In this document: in pieces, positions 20,128 through 29,195 of the stretch
Layout: each line of letters starts with the position of its first letter
How positions within the stretch are numbered: the first letter of the stretch is position 1
Assembly (NCBI GenBank): GCA_965214095.1
Contig: OZ243938.1
Coordinates: 3,296,001 to 3,360,000 of the forward strand
Length of the DNA: 64,000 nt
Direction: 5' to 3'
Source of the DNA: Candidatus Poribacteria bacterium
Lineage (GTDB): Bacteria > Poribacteria > WGA-4E > WGA-3G
Position numbers and translations under genes: made by a program
The notes under the pieces: model-generated
The model's input: only the letters and a program-made list of their open reading frames with translations
The model's database searches: none
What the model was told of the DNA's origin: nothing

Positions 20128-21629
20128 AACAGAATAAATTTCCCCCTGGCTGGGATGAGGAACGTGTGCAAAAGGTCATTGCATATTATGAAAATCAGAT
20201 GGAAGATGAAGCCGTCGCTGAAACTGAGGAAGCATTTCGCAATGAATCTATTAACGATCAATCCGATTCCCAAAATGAACGAAATAGAGTTTTAGAAAAG
20301 ATTCAAGAGATAGTGGAAAAATCTTCTGATGGAAATTATATCTATCGCGGAGAACCTCAATGTTATCCAAAAGTCTCTTCAGGGTTATATCGCCAATATG
20401 GAGGAGATTTTGGAATAGAAGATTCTGACATTGAAATCATCCAAGAAACAATGATTGTAGGGATGGCTAAAGACTATATGGATCAAACAGACGAATCAAA
20501 AATCCTAACTGAACTCCAACACTATGGTGGCAAAACTAATCTGATAGATTTTACGACTGATTATCTTATTGCCCTCTTTTTTGCCTGTGATGGATCTCAT
20601 CACGAAGAAGGTAGGGTTATCTTATTAAAAAAAGAATCGGAAGAGTACAAAGTTAGAGTGCCTTCCAAAGCGTTTAAGCGTTCTACATTCCAGAAGGGTA
20701 TCTTTATTCAATCACCCAAGGGTTTCGTTGTTCCAGATAAGGTAGTCACTATTCCAAAAACTCTCAAACACCCTATTTTAAACCATCTACAAAAATATCA
20801 TGACGTGTCTACTAGACACATCTACAACGATATACATGGGTTTATAAAATGGCTAGGTATTCACATAGATGCCCATGTGGAAGCAGCTAAAGGAACAATC
20901 TTTCAACATAGAGGAGATTTAGGGAAGAGTAGAAAGGAAAAACTGAAATGTTATGAAAAAGCTATTGCCTATTACTCTGAAGCCTTAAAACTAAATTCGA
21001 ACTTGTTTGATGTCTATAATAAACGAGGAATTGTTTACAACGATAAAGGCAAGTACGACCTAGCTATTAAAGATTATAATACAGCAATAGAATTGAAACC
21101 AGGGATCGCTAGGTCCTATTCTAATCGCGGTGTTACTTACACCGAAAAAGGCAATTTTGAGTTTGCCTTCGCTGATTTTAACACAGCGATAGAATTGGAT
21201 CCAAATGATGCTATGGCATATTCCAATCGAGGTGGGATTCACTTCTTAAAAGGCAATTTTGAGTTTGCCTTCGCTGACTTTAACACAGCGATAGAATTAG
21301 ATCCTGGTAACGCCGAGACCTATTCTAATCGCGGCAACGCTTATCTCTTCAAAGGCGATTTGGAATTCGCCCTCACTGATTTTGATGAAGTGATAAAGTT
21401 GAGACCAGAATCTGTTGATGCTTATTTTACTCGTGGAATAATTAGGTTATGCCTACAAGAATGGGAAAAAGCGAAGAAAGATCTGACCTTTGCTAGAGAC
21501 TTTGGGATGAATATCATGAACCTATTTCATAGCCGATACGAAAGCATTGAAAACTTTGAACTACAAAATAATGTCAAGTTGCCAGAAAACTTGGCAGCAA
21601 TGTTAAAGCAAACAGTAGAAACCAACTAA
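20124..21629 (+). CDS. Antitoxin-like N-terminus + FRG domain + TPR array fusion
   Basis: FPPGWDEERVQKVIAYYENQ N-terminus; YIYRGE, SSGLYR, LQHYGGKTNLIDFT..ALFFAC (FRG); about 6 TPRs. Confidence 0.82.
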   Translation: MKQNKFPPGWDEERVQKVIAYYENQMEDEAVAETEEAFRNESINDQSDSQNERNRVLEKIQEIVEKSSDGNYIYRGEPQCYPKVSSGLYRQYGGDFGIEDSDIEIIQETMIVGMAKDYMDQTDESKILTELQHYGGKTNLIDFTTDYLIALFFACDGSHHEEGRVILLKKESEEYKVRVPSKAFKRSTFQKGIFIQSPKGFVVPDKVVTIPKTLKHPILNHLQKYHDVSTRHIYNDIHGFIKWLGIHIDAHVEAAKGTIFQHRGDLGKSRKEKLKCYEKAIAYYSEALKLNSNLFDVYNKRGIVYNDKGKYDLAIKDYNTAIELKPGIARSYSNRGVTYTEKGNFEFAFADFNTAIELDPNDAMAYSNRGGIHFLKGNFEFAFADFNTAIELDPGNAETYSNRGNAYLFKGDLEFALTDFDEVIKLRPESVDAYFTRGIIRLCLQEWEKAKKDLTFARDFGMNIMNLFHSRYESIENFELQNNVKLPENLAAMLKQTVETN

Positions 21630-21711
21630 TACACCTGGTGCATAGGAGAAAAATATGTATTATAGCAATCAATAATTCACAATCCGTATGCATGTTTAGG
21701 AGTAACAAAGA

Positions 21712-22272
21712 ATGAACGGTCATGAGACGATAGGTATTAATCTTTTAAAAAAACTCAAACTCAATCTTGCTAAAGTATACAACACTCGTGCAGAAATTCA
21801 CTACAAAAATTGTAATTTTGGCAATGCTATCGCAAACTATACCAAGGCAATACAACTAAATCTTCAAGATGCTGAGGCATATTATACGCGTGGAAAACTT
21901 TACGACGAAGATAAACAGTATGACAAAGCAATCTCGGATTTTAGCATAGCAATTAAACTTAACCCAAAGCATGCTGATGCGTGGGGTTTTCGCGCTACTC
22001 TTTACAGTGAACAAGGTGAGTATGATAAGGCAATTGAGGGGTATAGTAAGGAGATAGAACTTCGACCCTATGATGCCGAGATCTATGAAGAGCGCGGTAA
22101 AATTTATGTCAAAATAGGCAAATTTGACAAAGCTGTTGCGGATTTTACAGAGGCAATAAAACGAGTGCCAAGTTTTACAGATGCTTACTTTGAACGCGCT
22201 ATGGCTTACTTGCGATTGGATAGGTTGGAGTGTGCGATGCAGGATTTTGATAAGATTTCAGAATTGAGATAG
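21712..22272 (+). CDS. TPR-only protein
   Basis: About five 34-aa repeats (YDKAISDFSIAIKLNP, YDKAIEGYSKEIELRP). Confidence 0.85.
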   Translation: MNGHETIGINLLKKLKLNLAKVYNTRAEIHYKNCNFGNAIANYTKAIQLNLQDAEAYYTRGKLYDEDKQYDKAISDFSIAIKLNPKHADAWGFRATLYSEQGEYDKAIEGYSKEIELRPYDAEIYEERGKIYVKIGKFDKAVADFTEAIKRVPSFTDAYFERAMAYLRLDRLECAMQDFDKISELR

Positions 22273-22421
22273 GATTCTAAGTCAATCCATGTTGCATGAT
22301 GTGTCATTTGGTCACACCTGAAAGAATAAGAAAATTCTAAAATAGATTTGGGATGTGCCAAATATTAAAGTGAATCTTGTTAGTGTATTTCAACAATTTT
22401 ACTAAAGTATTGAGGATGTAG

Positions 22422-23606
22422 ATGTTGGCGCAAACAATTTCAGATATTGTACGGTGTAAGCAAACAATTGAGGAATATCAGTTTGACGAAACTGCTACAA
22501 AACAGTACATCGTTCTGCCAATCTTAAGAGCCTTGGATTGGCACGATAGTAATTTGTATACCCTGGAAGTTTTCCCTGAAAAGAAAATCGGGAGTGGAAA
22601 AGTTGACTACGCATTACAACATGATCAAACCTCTTTGATATTCATTGAATGCAAACGTTGGGGAGTAAATATTGAAAAATATCAAGAACAGATCTGTAAC
22701 TATGCTTTTCGTGCTGGAATTGAGATAGCTGTTATTACTAATGGAAAAATATGGGATTTCTATCTTCCTGACCAAACAAGTACGGTTGACAGAAGAGTTG
22801 TTCCGTGGGAGGATAGAATTTTCTGTTCTATTGATCTTGATTTGCAACAAGAAGCAGTATATGACTTTCAGAAGTACCTTTCTAAAACGAATGTGGAACA
22901 AGGAAATGCAAAATCAGATGCTCAAGAGGCATTTCAACCCCAAACTGTGGAAACACCTTTACCGAGACGGAGTTATGGCATACCTATATTGAGATCATTA
23001 GTAGAACTGGGAGGTACCGCAGCTACTCATCAAGTTTTAGATATGGTTTACCAACTCATGGAAACAGTTAACGAGCTGCGAGAAATAGATAAATCGCGTC
23101 GATCAGACGGGCAGTTTTATTGGGATAACCGAACGCAAGATATGCGAAGACAATTGATCAGTAAAGGCTTAATGAAGAGCGATTCTCCATGGGGTATTTG
23201 GGAAATTACCTCTGCGGGACGTGAATATGTCCGCGATACAGATGACTATGATCCTTCTCAATTTCTACAATCTGCTATCTCTTTTGAAGAAAACAACGCT
23301 GAACCTTCCAATGTCCCCCTAACCCGAAGGCGTTATGCTCTACCTATTTTAATCGCATTAAGCCAACTTGGAGGCACTGCAGCAACTAGCGATGTGCTCA
23401 GAACAGTTCGCCAATTGATGTCGGATGAACTGAAACCAATAGATCTTTCACAACGACCCGCAGGACATTTGTATTGGGAGAATCGAATACATGATATGCG
23501 GAGAGAATTGATAAATAAAGGTTTGTTGAAGGGGAATTCTCCGCGCGGTATATGGGAAATCTCTGAAGCGGGACGTAACCATCTTCTTAATAATGGAGGA
23601 ACCTAA
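22422..23606 (+). CDS. HsdR-N-type PD-(D/E)xK nuclease fused to two Mrr-N winged-helix domains
   Basis: ETATKQYIVLPIL, VDYAL..IFIECKR, VITNG; two copies of PIL..L..LGG...YW(D/E)NR..DMRR.LI.KGL....SP.GIWEI..AGR. Confidence 0.78.
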   Translation: MLAQTISDIVRCKQTIEEYQFDETATKQYIVLPILRALDWHDSNLYTLEVFPEKKIGSGKVDYALQHDQTSLIFIECKRWGVNIEKYQEQICNYAFRAGIEIAVITNGKIWDFYLPDQTSTVDRRVVPWEDRIFCSIDLDLQQEAVYDFQKYLSKTNVEQGNAKSDAQEAFQPQTVETPLPRRSYGIPILRSLVELGGTAATHQVLDMVYQLMETVNELREIDKSRRSDGQFYWDNRTQDMRRQLISKGLMKSDSPWGIWEITSAGREYVRDTDDYDPSQFLQSAISFEENNAEPSNVPLTRRRYALPILIALSQLGGTAATSDVLRTVRQLMSDELKPIDLSQRPAGHLYWENRIHDMRRELINKGLLKGNSPRGIWEISEAGRNHLLNNGGT

Positions 23607-23608
23607 AA

Positions 23609-24457
23609 ATGAAAAATGATACTAAACCTATTAAAGCAGCACAGACAGCAACTATAGAAGGATCACCAACACCAGTATCTCCTGGTGAACTTAGCGGAAG
23701 AAAAAATATCCTTACAGATACCCTCTATGAAATGGGTTATGATGACACGTTGGTAGACATTTTGATAGAAAGAAATGTAATAGATTTCAGCATTGTTGAC
23801 TACACAAGCCATATCAAGTACCAACTTAAAGAACATTATGGTGAATCTATTGCGTGGGATGAAAGTCTTGAAGAAGCTGTTGTAATTGAAGGTTTGAATG
23901 TTTCTCTAATAGGTGAATTAGGAAGGAATTGGCGTGGATCTGAAAGCGATACTTTTCAAGAACGGATCCTTGATATGATCGTGCCTTCACTTAAAAAGTT
24001 AGGTTTGAAAGCTGTTTTACGTTATGATTTAGTGAAAAGTATTACGTTATCCGAAGAATTGGAAGGAGTTAAACGACATTTGTCAATTGATTATGGTGAA
24101 TACAATTTTATTCTCCCATATATTAATATTGTTATATACAACTCTGAAAATTGGCGTGTTGTCGCTGTAATTTCGTGTAAAGTCAATTTGAGAAACCGAA
24201 TCATTGATATGGCTTATTGGAAACTCAAACTTAATGCAAACGAAAATACAGCTGCTATCAAATTTTATCTTATCACAACTGATTTGGATGGAACCTTGAA
24301 AATTACAGACGGACAACAGAATGGACGCGCCATTGTAGAAACAGATCTTGACGGTACTTATGTCCTAACGAAGGAAGAATTTGATGAAAGCGACAAGGTC
24401 AAACTCTTCGAACATTTCATTGAGGATTTCAAAAAAGTCATAGAAGAAAATCAATAA
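23609..24457 (+). CDS. BsaWI-family type II restriction endonuclease homologue, catalytic motif degenerate
   Basis: VKRHLSIDYGEY, AVISCKVNLRNRI..AYWKLKL, DGTL, GRAIVETDLDGTYVL match the family as I recall it; PDxD reads PYIN. Confidence 0.7.
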   Translation: MKNDTKPIKAAQTATIEGSPTPVSPGELSGRKNILTDTLYEMGYDDTLVDILIERNVIDFSIVDYTSHIKYQLKEHYGESIAWDESLEEAVVIEGLNVSLIGELGRNWRGSESDTFQERILDMIVPSLKKLGLKAVLRYDLVKSITLSEELEGVKRHLSIDYGEYNFILPYINIVIYNSENWRVVAVISCKVNLRNRIIDMAYWKLKLNANENTAAIKFYLITTDLDGTLKITDGQQNGRAIVETDLDGTYVLTKEEFDESDKVKLFEHFIEDFKKVIEENQ

Positions 24458-24461
24458 CCAC

Positions 24462-25361
24462 ATGAAAACAGCAAATGCACCATGCTCTTGGGGTGTGCTT
24501 GAATTTGACCTGCAAGGCAAATCCCCTGATTATACCCAAGTCTTAGACGAAATGCACGATATCGGTTACCTCGGCACAGAATTGGGAGATTGGGGATTCA
24601 TGCCAACTGATCCCGCACAACTCCGTGACGAACTTGCTGCACGCGAGTTAACGCTCTTAGGTGCTTTTGTGCCGGTTGCTTTAGCAGATACAGAGACACA
24701 CACAGCAGGTGAAGAATCAGCATTGCAACATGCGCGTCTGTTAGCAGAAGTGGCGGGTGACACACCGTTCATCGTGCTGGCAGATGATAACGGGACAGTG
24801 GAACATCGCACACACAACGCAGGACGTATCCATCCTGAACACGGATTAACGCAGGAGCAGTGGGACACTTTTGTGCGGGGTGTGCATCGTATTGCGCAAT
24901 CTGTGCAGGACGACACTGGACTCCGCACCGTTTTTCACCATCATTGCGCAGGATATGTAGAAACTCCCGCAGAGGTGGATACGTTGATGCAACATACTGA
25001 TCCGAATCTGGTTGGGTTGTGTTTTGATACGGGACATTTCCGTTTCGGTGGTGGTGATCCGATTGATATATTTGATCGTTATGCTGATCGGATATGGCAT
25101 GTGCATTTCAAGGATTGCCAACCTAATATCGCTACCCGTTCTCGTAAAGACGGATGGGATTACTTCAAATCTGTAGAGAATGGCGTTTTTTGCGAATTGG
25201 GTAAAGGTGAGGTAGATTTCCCATCGTTCATAGCCGAATTGCAAAATAGGAACTACGACGGATGGATCGTTGTTGAGCAGGATGTTTTGCCGGGAATGGG
25301 TAGTCCATATCAGAGTGCAAAACGGAATTACCAATATCTGAGTTCAATCATTACAACATGA
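24462..25361 (+). CDS. iolE: Myo-inosose-2 dehydratase-like TIM barrel
   Basis: NAPCSWGV, FHHH, LCFDTGH, HVHFKD, FCELGKG, VVEQD; overlaps iolG. Confidence 0.8.
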   Translation: MKTANAPCSWGVLEFDLQGKSPDYTQVLDEMHDIGYLGTELGDWGFMPTDPAQLRDELAARELTLLGAFVPVALADTETHTAGEESALQHARLLAEVAGDTPFIVLADDNGTVEHRTHNAGRIHPEHGLTQEQWDTFVRGVHRIAQSVQDDTGLRTVFHHHCAGYVETPAEVDTLMQHTDPNLVGLCFDTGHFRFGGGDPIDIFDRYADRIWHVHFKDCQPNIATRSRKDGWDYFKSVENGVFCELGKGEVDFPSFIAELQNRNYDGWIVVEQDVLPGMGSPYQSAKRNYQYLSSIITT

Positions 25362-26380
25362 ACACACCATCAAAAATTGGTGTCGGTGTAATCGGAACGG
25401 GACGCATCGGCAAACTCCACATTGAACATCTTTCCCAGAATATACCCGAAGCAGATCTCGTTGCGATATGCAGCTTAGACACTAAAACAGCAGAATCTCT
25501 TGCCGAACAGTTCAAAATCCCAACGATAACCACCGATTATCTCACACTCATATCAAATTCACAGATTGATGCTGTGATAGTGGCATCTTCAACGGATACA
25601 CACGTTGAGATATGTCAAGCAGCAGCTGCCGCAGGTAAGCACATATTCTGTGAGAAGCCAATAGCCTTAGACTTGGATCAGATTGACGAAACTTTAGCAT
25701 CTATTGAAGACGCAGCAGTGAAGTTTCAGGTGGGTTTCAATCGCAGGTTTGATAAGAACTTTATGCAAGTGCATGAGGCGATTGAATCTGGTGAGATAGG
25801 CGATCCGCACATTTTGCGCATCACAAGTCGTGATCCTGCACCACCACCGATTGAATATGTCAAAATATCAGGTGGGATGTTTCTTGACATGACGATACAC
25901 GACTTTGATATGGCACGTTATCTCATCCGTGAGGAAGTTGATGAGATATACGCTGTGGGAGGTGTCCGTGTTGATCCGATAATCGGGGAGGTAGGAGACA
26001 TTGATACTGCGATCATTACGCTCCGTTTCCAAAACGGAGTGCTTGCGACCATTGATAACAGCAGACAGGCAGTTTATGGATATGATCAGCGGGTAGAGGT
26101 ATTCGGTTCAAAAGGCATGATTTCGGTTGAAAATCCGTTGACTAATTCGGTAAATTTCAGTGGCAGAGAGGGGAGTCGTGCCGCGTTGCCACCATACTTC
26201 TTTATAGAACGTTACAAGGAAGCATATCTGTCGGAGATGGAGGCGTTTATTCGTTGTATAATGGAGGATACAGAACCTGCTGTAACAGGTGTAGATGGTC
26301 GTGTGCCTATTGTGATAGGGTATACTGCATTGAAATCGCTTCGTGAAAACCGTCCTGTTCTTTTATCTGAAATCTCGTAG
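25358..26380 (+). CDS. iolG: Inositol 2-dehydrogenase
   Basis: GTGRIG, FCEKP, GFNRRFD, SGGMFLDMTIHDFD, YGYDQRVEVFG. Confidence 0.9.
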   Translation: MNTPSKIGVGVIGTGRIGKLHIEHLSQNIPEADLVAICSLDTKTAESLAEQFKIPTITTDYLTLISNSQIDAVIVASSTDTHVEICQAAAAAGKHIFCEKPIALDLDQIDETLASIEDAAVKFQVGFNRRFDKNFMQVHEAIESGEIGDPHILRITSRDPAPPPIEYVKISGGMFLDMTIHDFDMARYLIREEVDEIYAVGGVRVDPIIGEVGDIDTAIITLRFQNGVLATIDNSRQAVYGYDQRVEVFGSKGMISVENPLTNSVNFSGREGSRAALPPYFFIERYKEAYLSEMEAFIRCIMEDTEPAVTGVDGRVPIVIGYTALKSLRENRPVLLSEIS

Positions 26381-26392
26381 AAACACGAAACA

Positions 26393-27124
26393 TTACTCGT
26401 GCCCGCCAACTTCGCCAACCTCAATTTCAATCTCATCACGATTACGGATGCGCTCAACAAGACCGTCCCGGATATCCACAATCCGATCAGATACATCCAG
26501 CATTTTTAGGTCGTGTGTTGCTGAAATCACGGTGACACCCTGTGCTGTATTCAATTTCTTGATAAGGTCAATAATCTCGCGTCCAGTGATTGTGTCAAGG
26601 TTTGCAGTGGGTTCATCAGCAAGGACAATGCTGGGATCATTTGCAAGTGCTCTGGCAATGGCAACACGTTGGCGTTGTCCCCCAGAGAGTTCATCGGGTA
26701 GGTGATACATTCTGTCTCCTAACCCGACCATATCTAATAACTTCTCAGCTTTTTCATTTCGTTCTTTTTCAGGGATACCTGCGAAAATCATTGGTAACGT
26801 AACATTGCCGTGTGCTGTGCGAACATTCAACAAGTTGTAACTCTGGAAGATATAACCAACTCGGTGACATCGAAACGCTGCAATCTGCCTTTGCGACAGA
26901 TGCGACATATTCTGTCCATCAATGTATACCTCTCCTTCAGTGGGTCGGTCAAGTGCACCTATCATATTGAATAGCGTAGATTTACCAGAACCTGAGGGTC
27001 CCATCAACGAAATATATTCTCCGCGTTCAATCTCAATGTTGATACCATCCAAAGCGCGAAGAACGTTTGAACCCATCCGATATTCTTTGACGACATCTTC
27101 AGTTTTTACAACTATGTCTGGCAT
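26393..27124 (-). CDS. ABC ATP-binding protein (LolD/MacB type)
   Basis: GPSGSGKST, LSGGQRQRVAIARAL, LADEPTANLD. Confidence 0.92.
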   Translation of the reverse strand: MPDIVVKTEDVVKEYRMGSNVLRALDGINIEIERGEYISLMGPSGSGKSTLFNMIGALDRPTEGEVYIDGQNMSHLSQRQIAAFRCHRVGYIFQSYNLLNVRTAHGNVTLPMIFAGIPEKERNEKAEKLLDMVGLGDRMYHLPDELSGGQRQRVAIARALANDPSIVLADEPTANLDTITGREIIDLIKKLNTAQGVTVISATHDLKMLDVSDRIVDIRDGLVERIRNRDEIEIEVGEVGGHE

Positions 27125-27161
27125 AGTAAGTCCTTATTTTCTTAGATATTGTGTATATTGT

Positions 27162-27839
27162 TTAGACTTCTGTTCGCATTGCTTCGGCTGGTGGAAGTTT
27201 TGCAGCACGCCATGCCGGAAAAGACGAACCAATGATTGCTAAGACCATTCCAAGAACACAACCGAATAGAATCAATAAGAGTACACCGAGTTGAAATGCT
27301 CCGTTTTCATGTTGTGCTGGAAGTAATGGAAAATAGAAGAAGAGATCAAGTCCATAGTTTTTCAACCCTAAAACAACTGCCCCCAACAAACCGATAAGTG
27401 CGCCAATCAACGCCCCAGCAAATCCTTGGAAACCCGATTCAAGTAGGAATAACCGCACGACAAATCCATCTAATGCTCCGAGACATTTCATCGTTCCGAT
27501 TTCGCGAAAACGTTCTGTCACTGCCATTAGCATAGAGTTTGCGATTCCCACAACACAAACTATCAGCGACATAATGATAAGCCAGATATCCTTGGTTGAA
27601 ATTCCTTGTTCCGCTGCTTCATCAAGATTTGTAATTGCGGAACTTCTGCCGCTCTCTTGTAGGGCAAGTTCAATCTCATTATTTGTCCATACGGAAACGA
27701 GAAAAGCGATTCCGAGTGTGATACCTGCCGTTGTGATAATAGAACGACCAAATCGGATTTTTAGGCTTTGAAAACTTATTCGCAATGATTCTACAAATGG
27801 TAGATCAATCTGTTCTTCTATAGGGGTTTGCTGTTGCAA
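27162..27839 (-). CDS. FtsX/MacB-type ABC permease with very short periplasmic part
   Basis: GIANSMLMAVTERFREIGTMKCLGA, PAWRAAKLPPAEAMR; TTG start 27839 after AGGAG inferred. Confidence 0.85.
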   Translation of the reverse strand: MQQQTPIEEQIDLPFVESLRISFQSLKIRFGRSIITTAGITLGIAFLVSVWTNNEIELALQESGRSSAITNLDEAAEQGISTKDIWLIIMSLIVCVVGIANSMLMAVTERFREIGTMKCLGALDGFVVRLFLLESGFQGFAGALIGALIGLLGAVVLGLKNYGLDLFFYFPLLPAQHENGAFQLGVLLLILFGCVLGMVLAIIGSSFPAWRAAKLPPAEAMRTEV

Positions 27840-28201
27840 ATTTCTGACTCCTTGAACTTTGTATAATATGTCATTGTAACATATATGCAAATTCAGGTCA
27901 AGTTCTGTTAATTGGAGAGTGATGTGCTGTCCATACCAAACATTCAGATCGTAAATGATATGCTACTCCTTGCGGAAAGCTCAGCCACAATTCACGGTAA
28001 GTCATTTCTGTATCCATTTCGCTGTTTCTCACTATGCGGGGTACTAAAATTTTGAAAAACGCAAACAGCCGATGAAACCGATGCCTACGCAATTCAGTCA
28101 AAAATACAGAGGACACTTTTTTAGTACCCTCCCCTAATTTGATACCTACAATATTTTGTCAAATTACAACTATTGTTCTGTTCATGCTTACAATGCTTAC
28201 A

Positions 28202-28287
28202 TTGTAGGTCGGGTAGAGGAACGAAACCCGACTTTATTGATGATAAAGGGATGCATGTCGGGTTTCGTGTCTCTACCCGACCTACAA
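28202..28287. repeat. Inverted doublet of GTAG-family REP palindromes (REPIN-like)
   Basis: TTGTAGGTCGGGTAGAG..GAAACCCGAC, spacer, then GTCGGGTTTC..CTCTACCCGACCTACAA. Confidence 0.85.
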
Positions 28288-28420
28288 GATTAGTATAGAC
28301 ACTCCACTAGCGCGCTTGCAAAGCACTAAAACGGTATGAATTCCTTTTGGTATTCCGCACCTACGGTGTTTTAAGCAAATGAGAATTACCGATATTATGT
28401 GCGTTGCAAATTTATAGTAC

Positions 28421-29044
28421 CTAACTGCGTATCTGTTCGTTTAGGTTGACAGGATATATTTCAAGGTCGGAACGGGTGATGAGTATACCAACGTAAAAGG
28501 TTAACCAGTTACCGCAGAGTTCAATAGACATCAATTCTTCGTTTTCGCTGATGTATTCATGGAGTTCTGCTTCAAATTCCTCTTTATTCTGCACATCTGT
28601 GACGGTGAGTTTTGTGGGAACAATCTCCTGTCGGTGGTATTCAACAGCGATTTCCTCGTCCTCATTGTCCGGGTCTGGATAGTAAAGGGTCATCTCATCT
28701 GGTAATGGATCACCGAGTTCTTGTTCTCCATCAACAACCCATCGTGAGATTTCGTATTCGTCTTTTGTTCCGGCGATTTGATCTACCCCGACAACGAGTT
28801 CACCCTCTACATCCTTGATGTGATACATATATCGTAGGAGTCCGTTACCCTCATACTTTTTTATCGTATAGAGTGTGAAGGCATGAGAGGTATCACCTGT
28901 TTCCTGATATGTTGTCAGGTCAGAGAGTTCAATGATACTGTTGATTGGAATATCAACTAACTCATGCCGTTCTGGTTTTTTCGTATCTTCTTCTTTCCGC
29001 TTGCTAAAGAGTGATTTTCCTTCTTTTTTGCCAAATAATGCCAT
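28421..29044 (-). CDS. Acidic hypothetical protein (DUF4178-like, tentative)
   Basis: 207-aa ORF, SD AGGTGG; family call weak. Confidence 0.55.
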   Translation of the reverse strand: MALFGKKEGKSLFSKRKEEDTKKPERHELVDIPINSIIELSDLTTYQETGDTSHAFTLYTIKKYEGNGLLRYMYHIKDVEGELVVGVDQIAGTKDEYEISRWVVDGEQELGDPLPDEMTLYYPDPDNEDEEIAVEYHRQEIVPTKLTVTDVQNKEEFEAELHEYISENEELMSIELCGNWLTFYVGILITRSDLEIYPVNLNEQIRS

Positions 29045-29102
29045 ATCACCACCTAAAAGTTAGTTTATAGTAGGTTATAGAATTAATTGTAACACTGTGA
29101 AC

Positions 29103-29165
29103 AGGCGAGGTCAGGAAACCTCGCCTACCAGTGAATGTCCAAGGCGCAATGAATTGCGCGACTAC
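29103..29165 (-). repeat. Two different GTAG-REP palindromes in tandem
   Basis: Minus strand GTAG-TCGCGCAATTCATTGCGC and GTAG-GCGAGGTTTCCTGACCTCGC. Confidence 0.75.
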
Positions 29166-29195
29166 GAACGGCCTCTGTTTTACGCTGAATTTAGG

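Noticed and set aside
21147-21304. Near-identical TPR repeats as a DGR template/variable pair
   Set aside because: Differences are synonymous T/C and G/A changes, not adenine-specific, and there is no reverse transcriptase in the window.
27898-28116. 72-aa minus-strand ORF
   Set aside because: No family motif or clear RBS; lies in a repeat-rich intergenic region.
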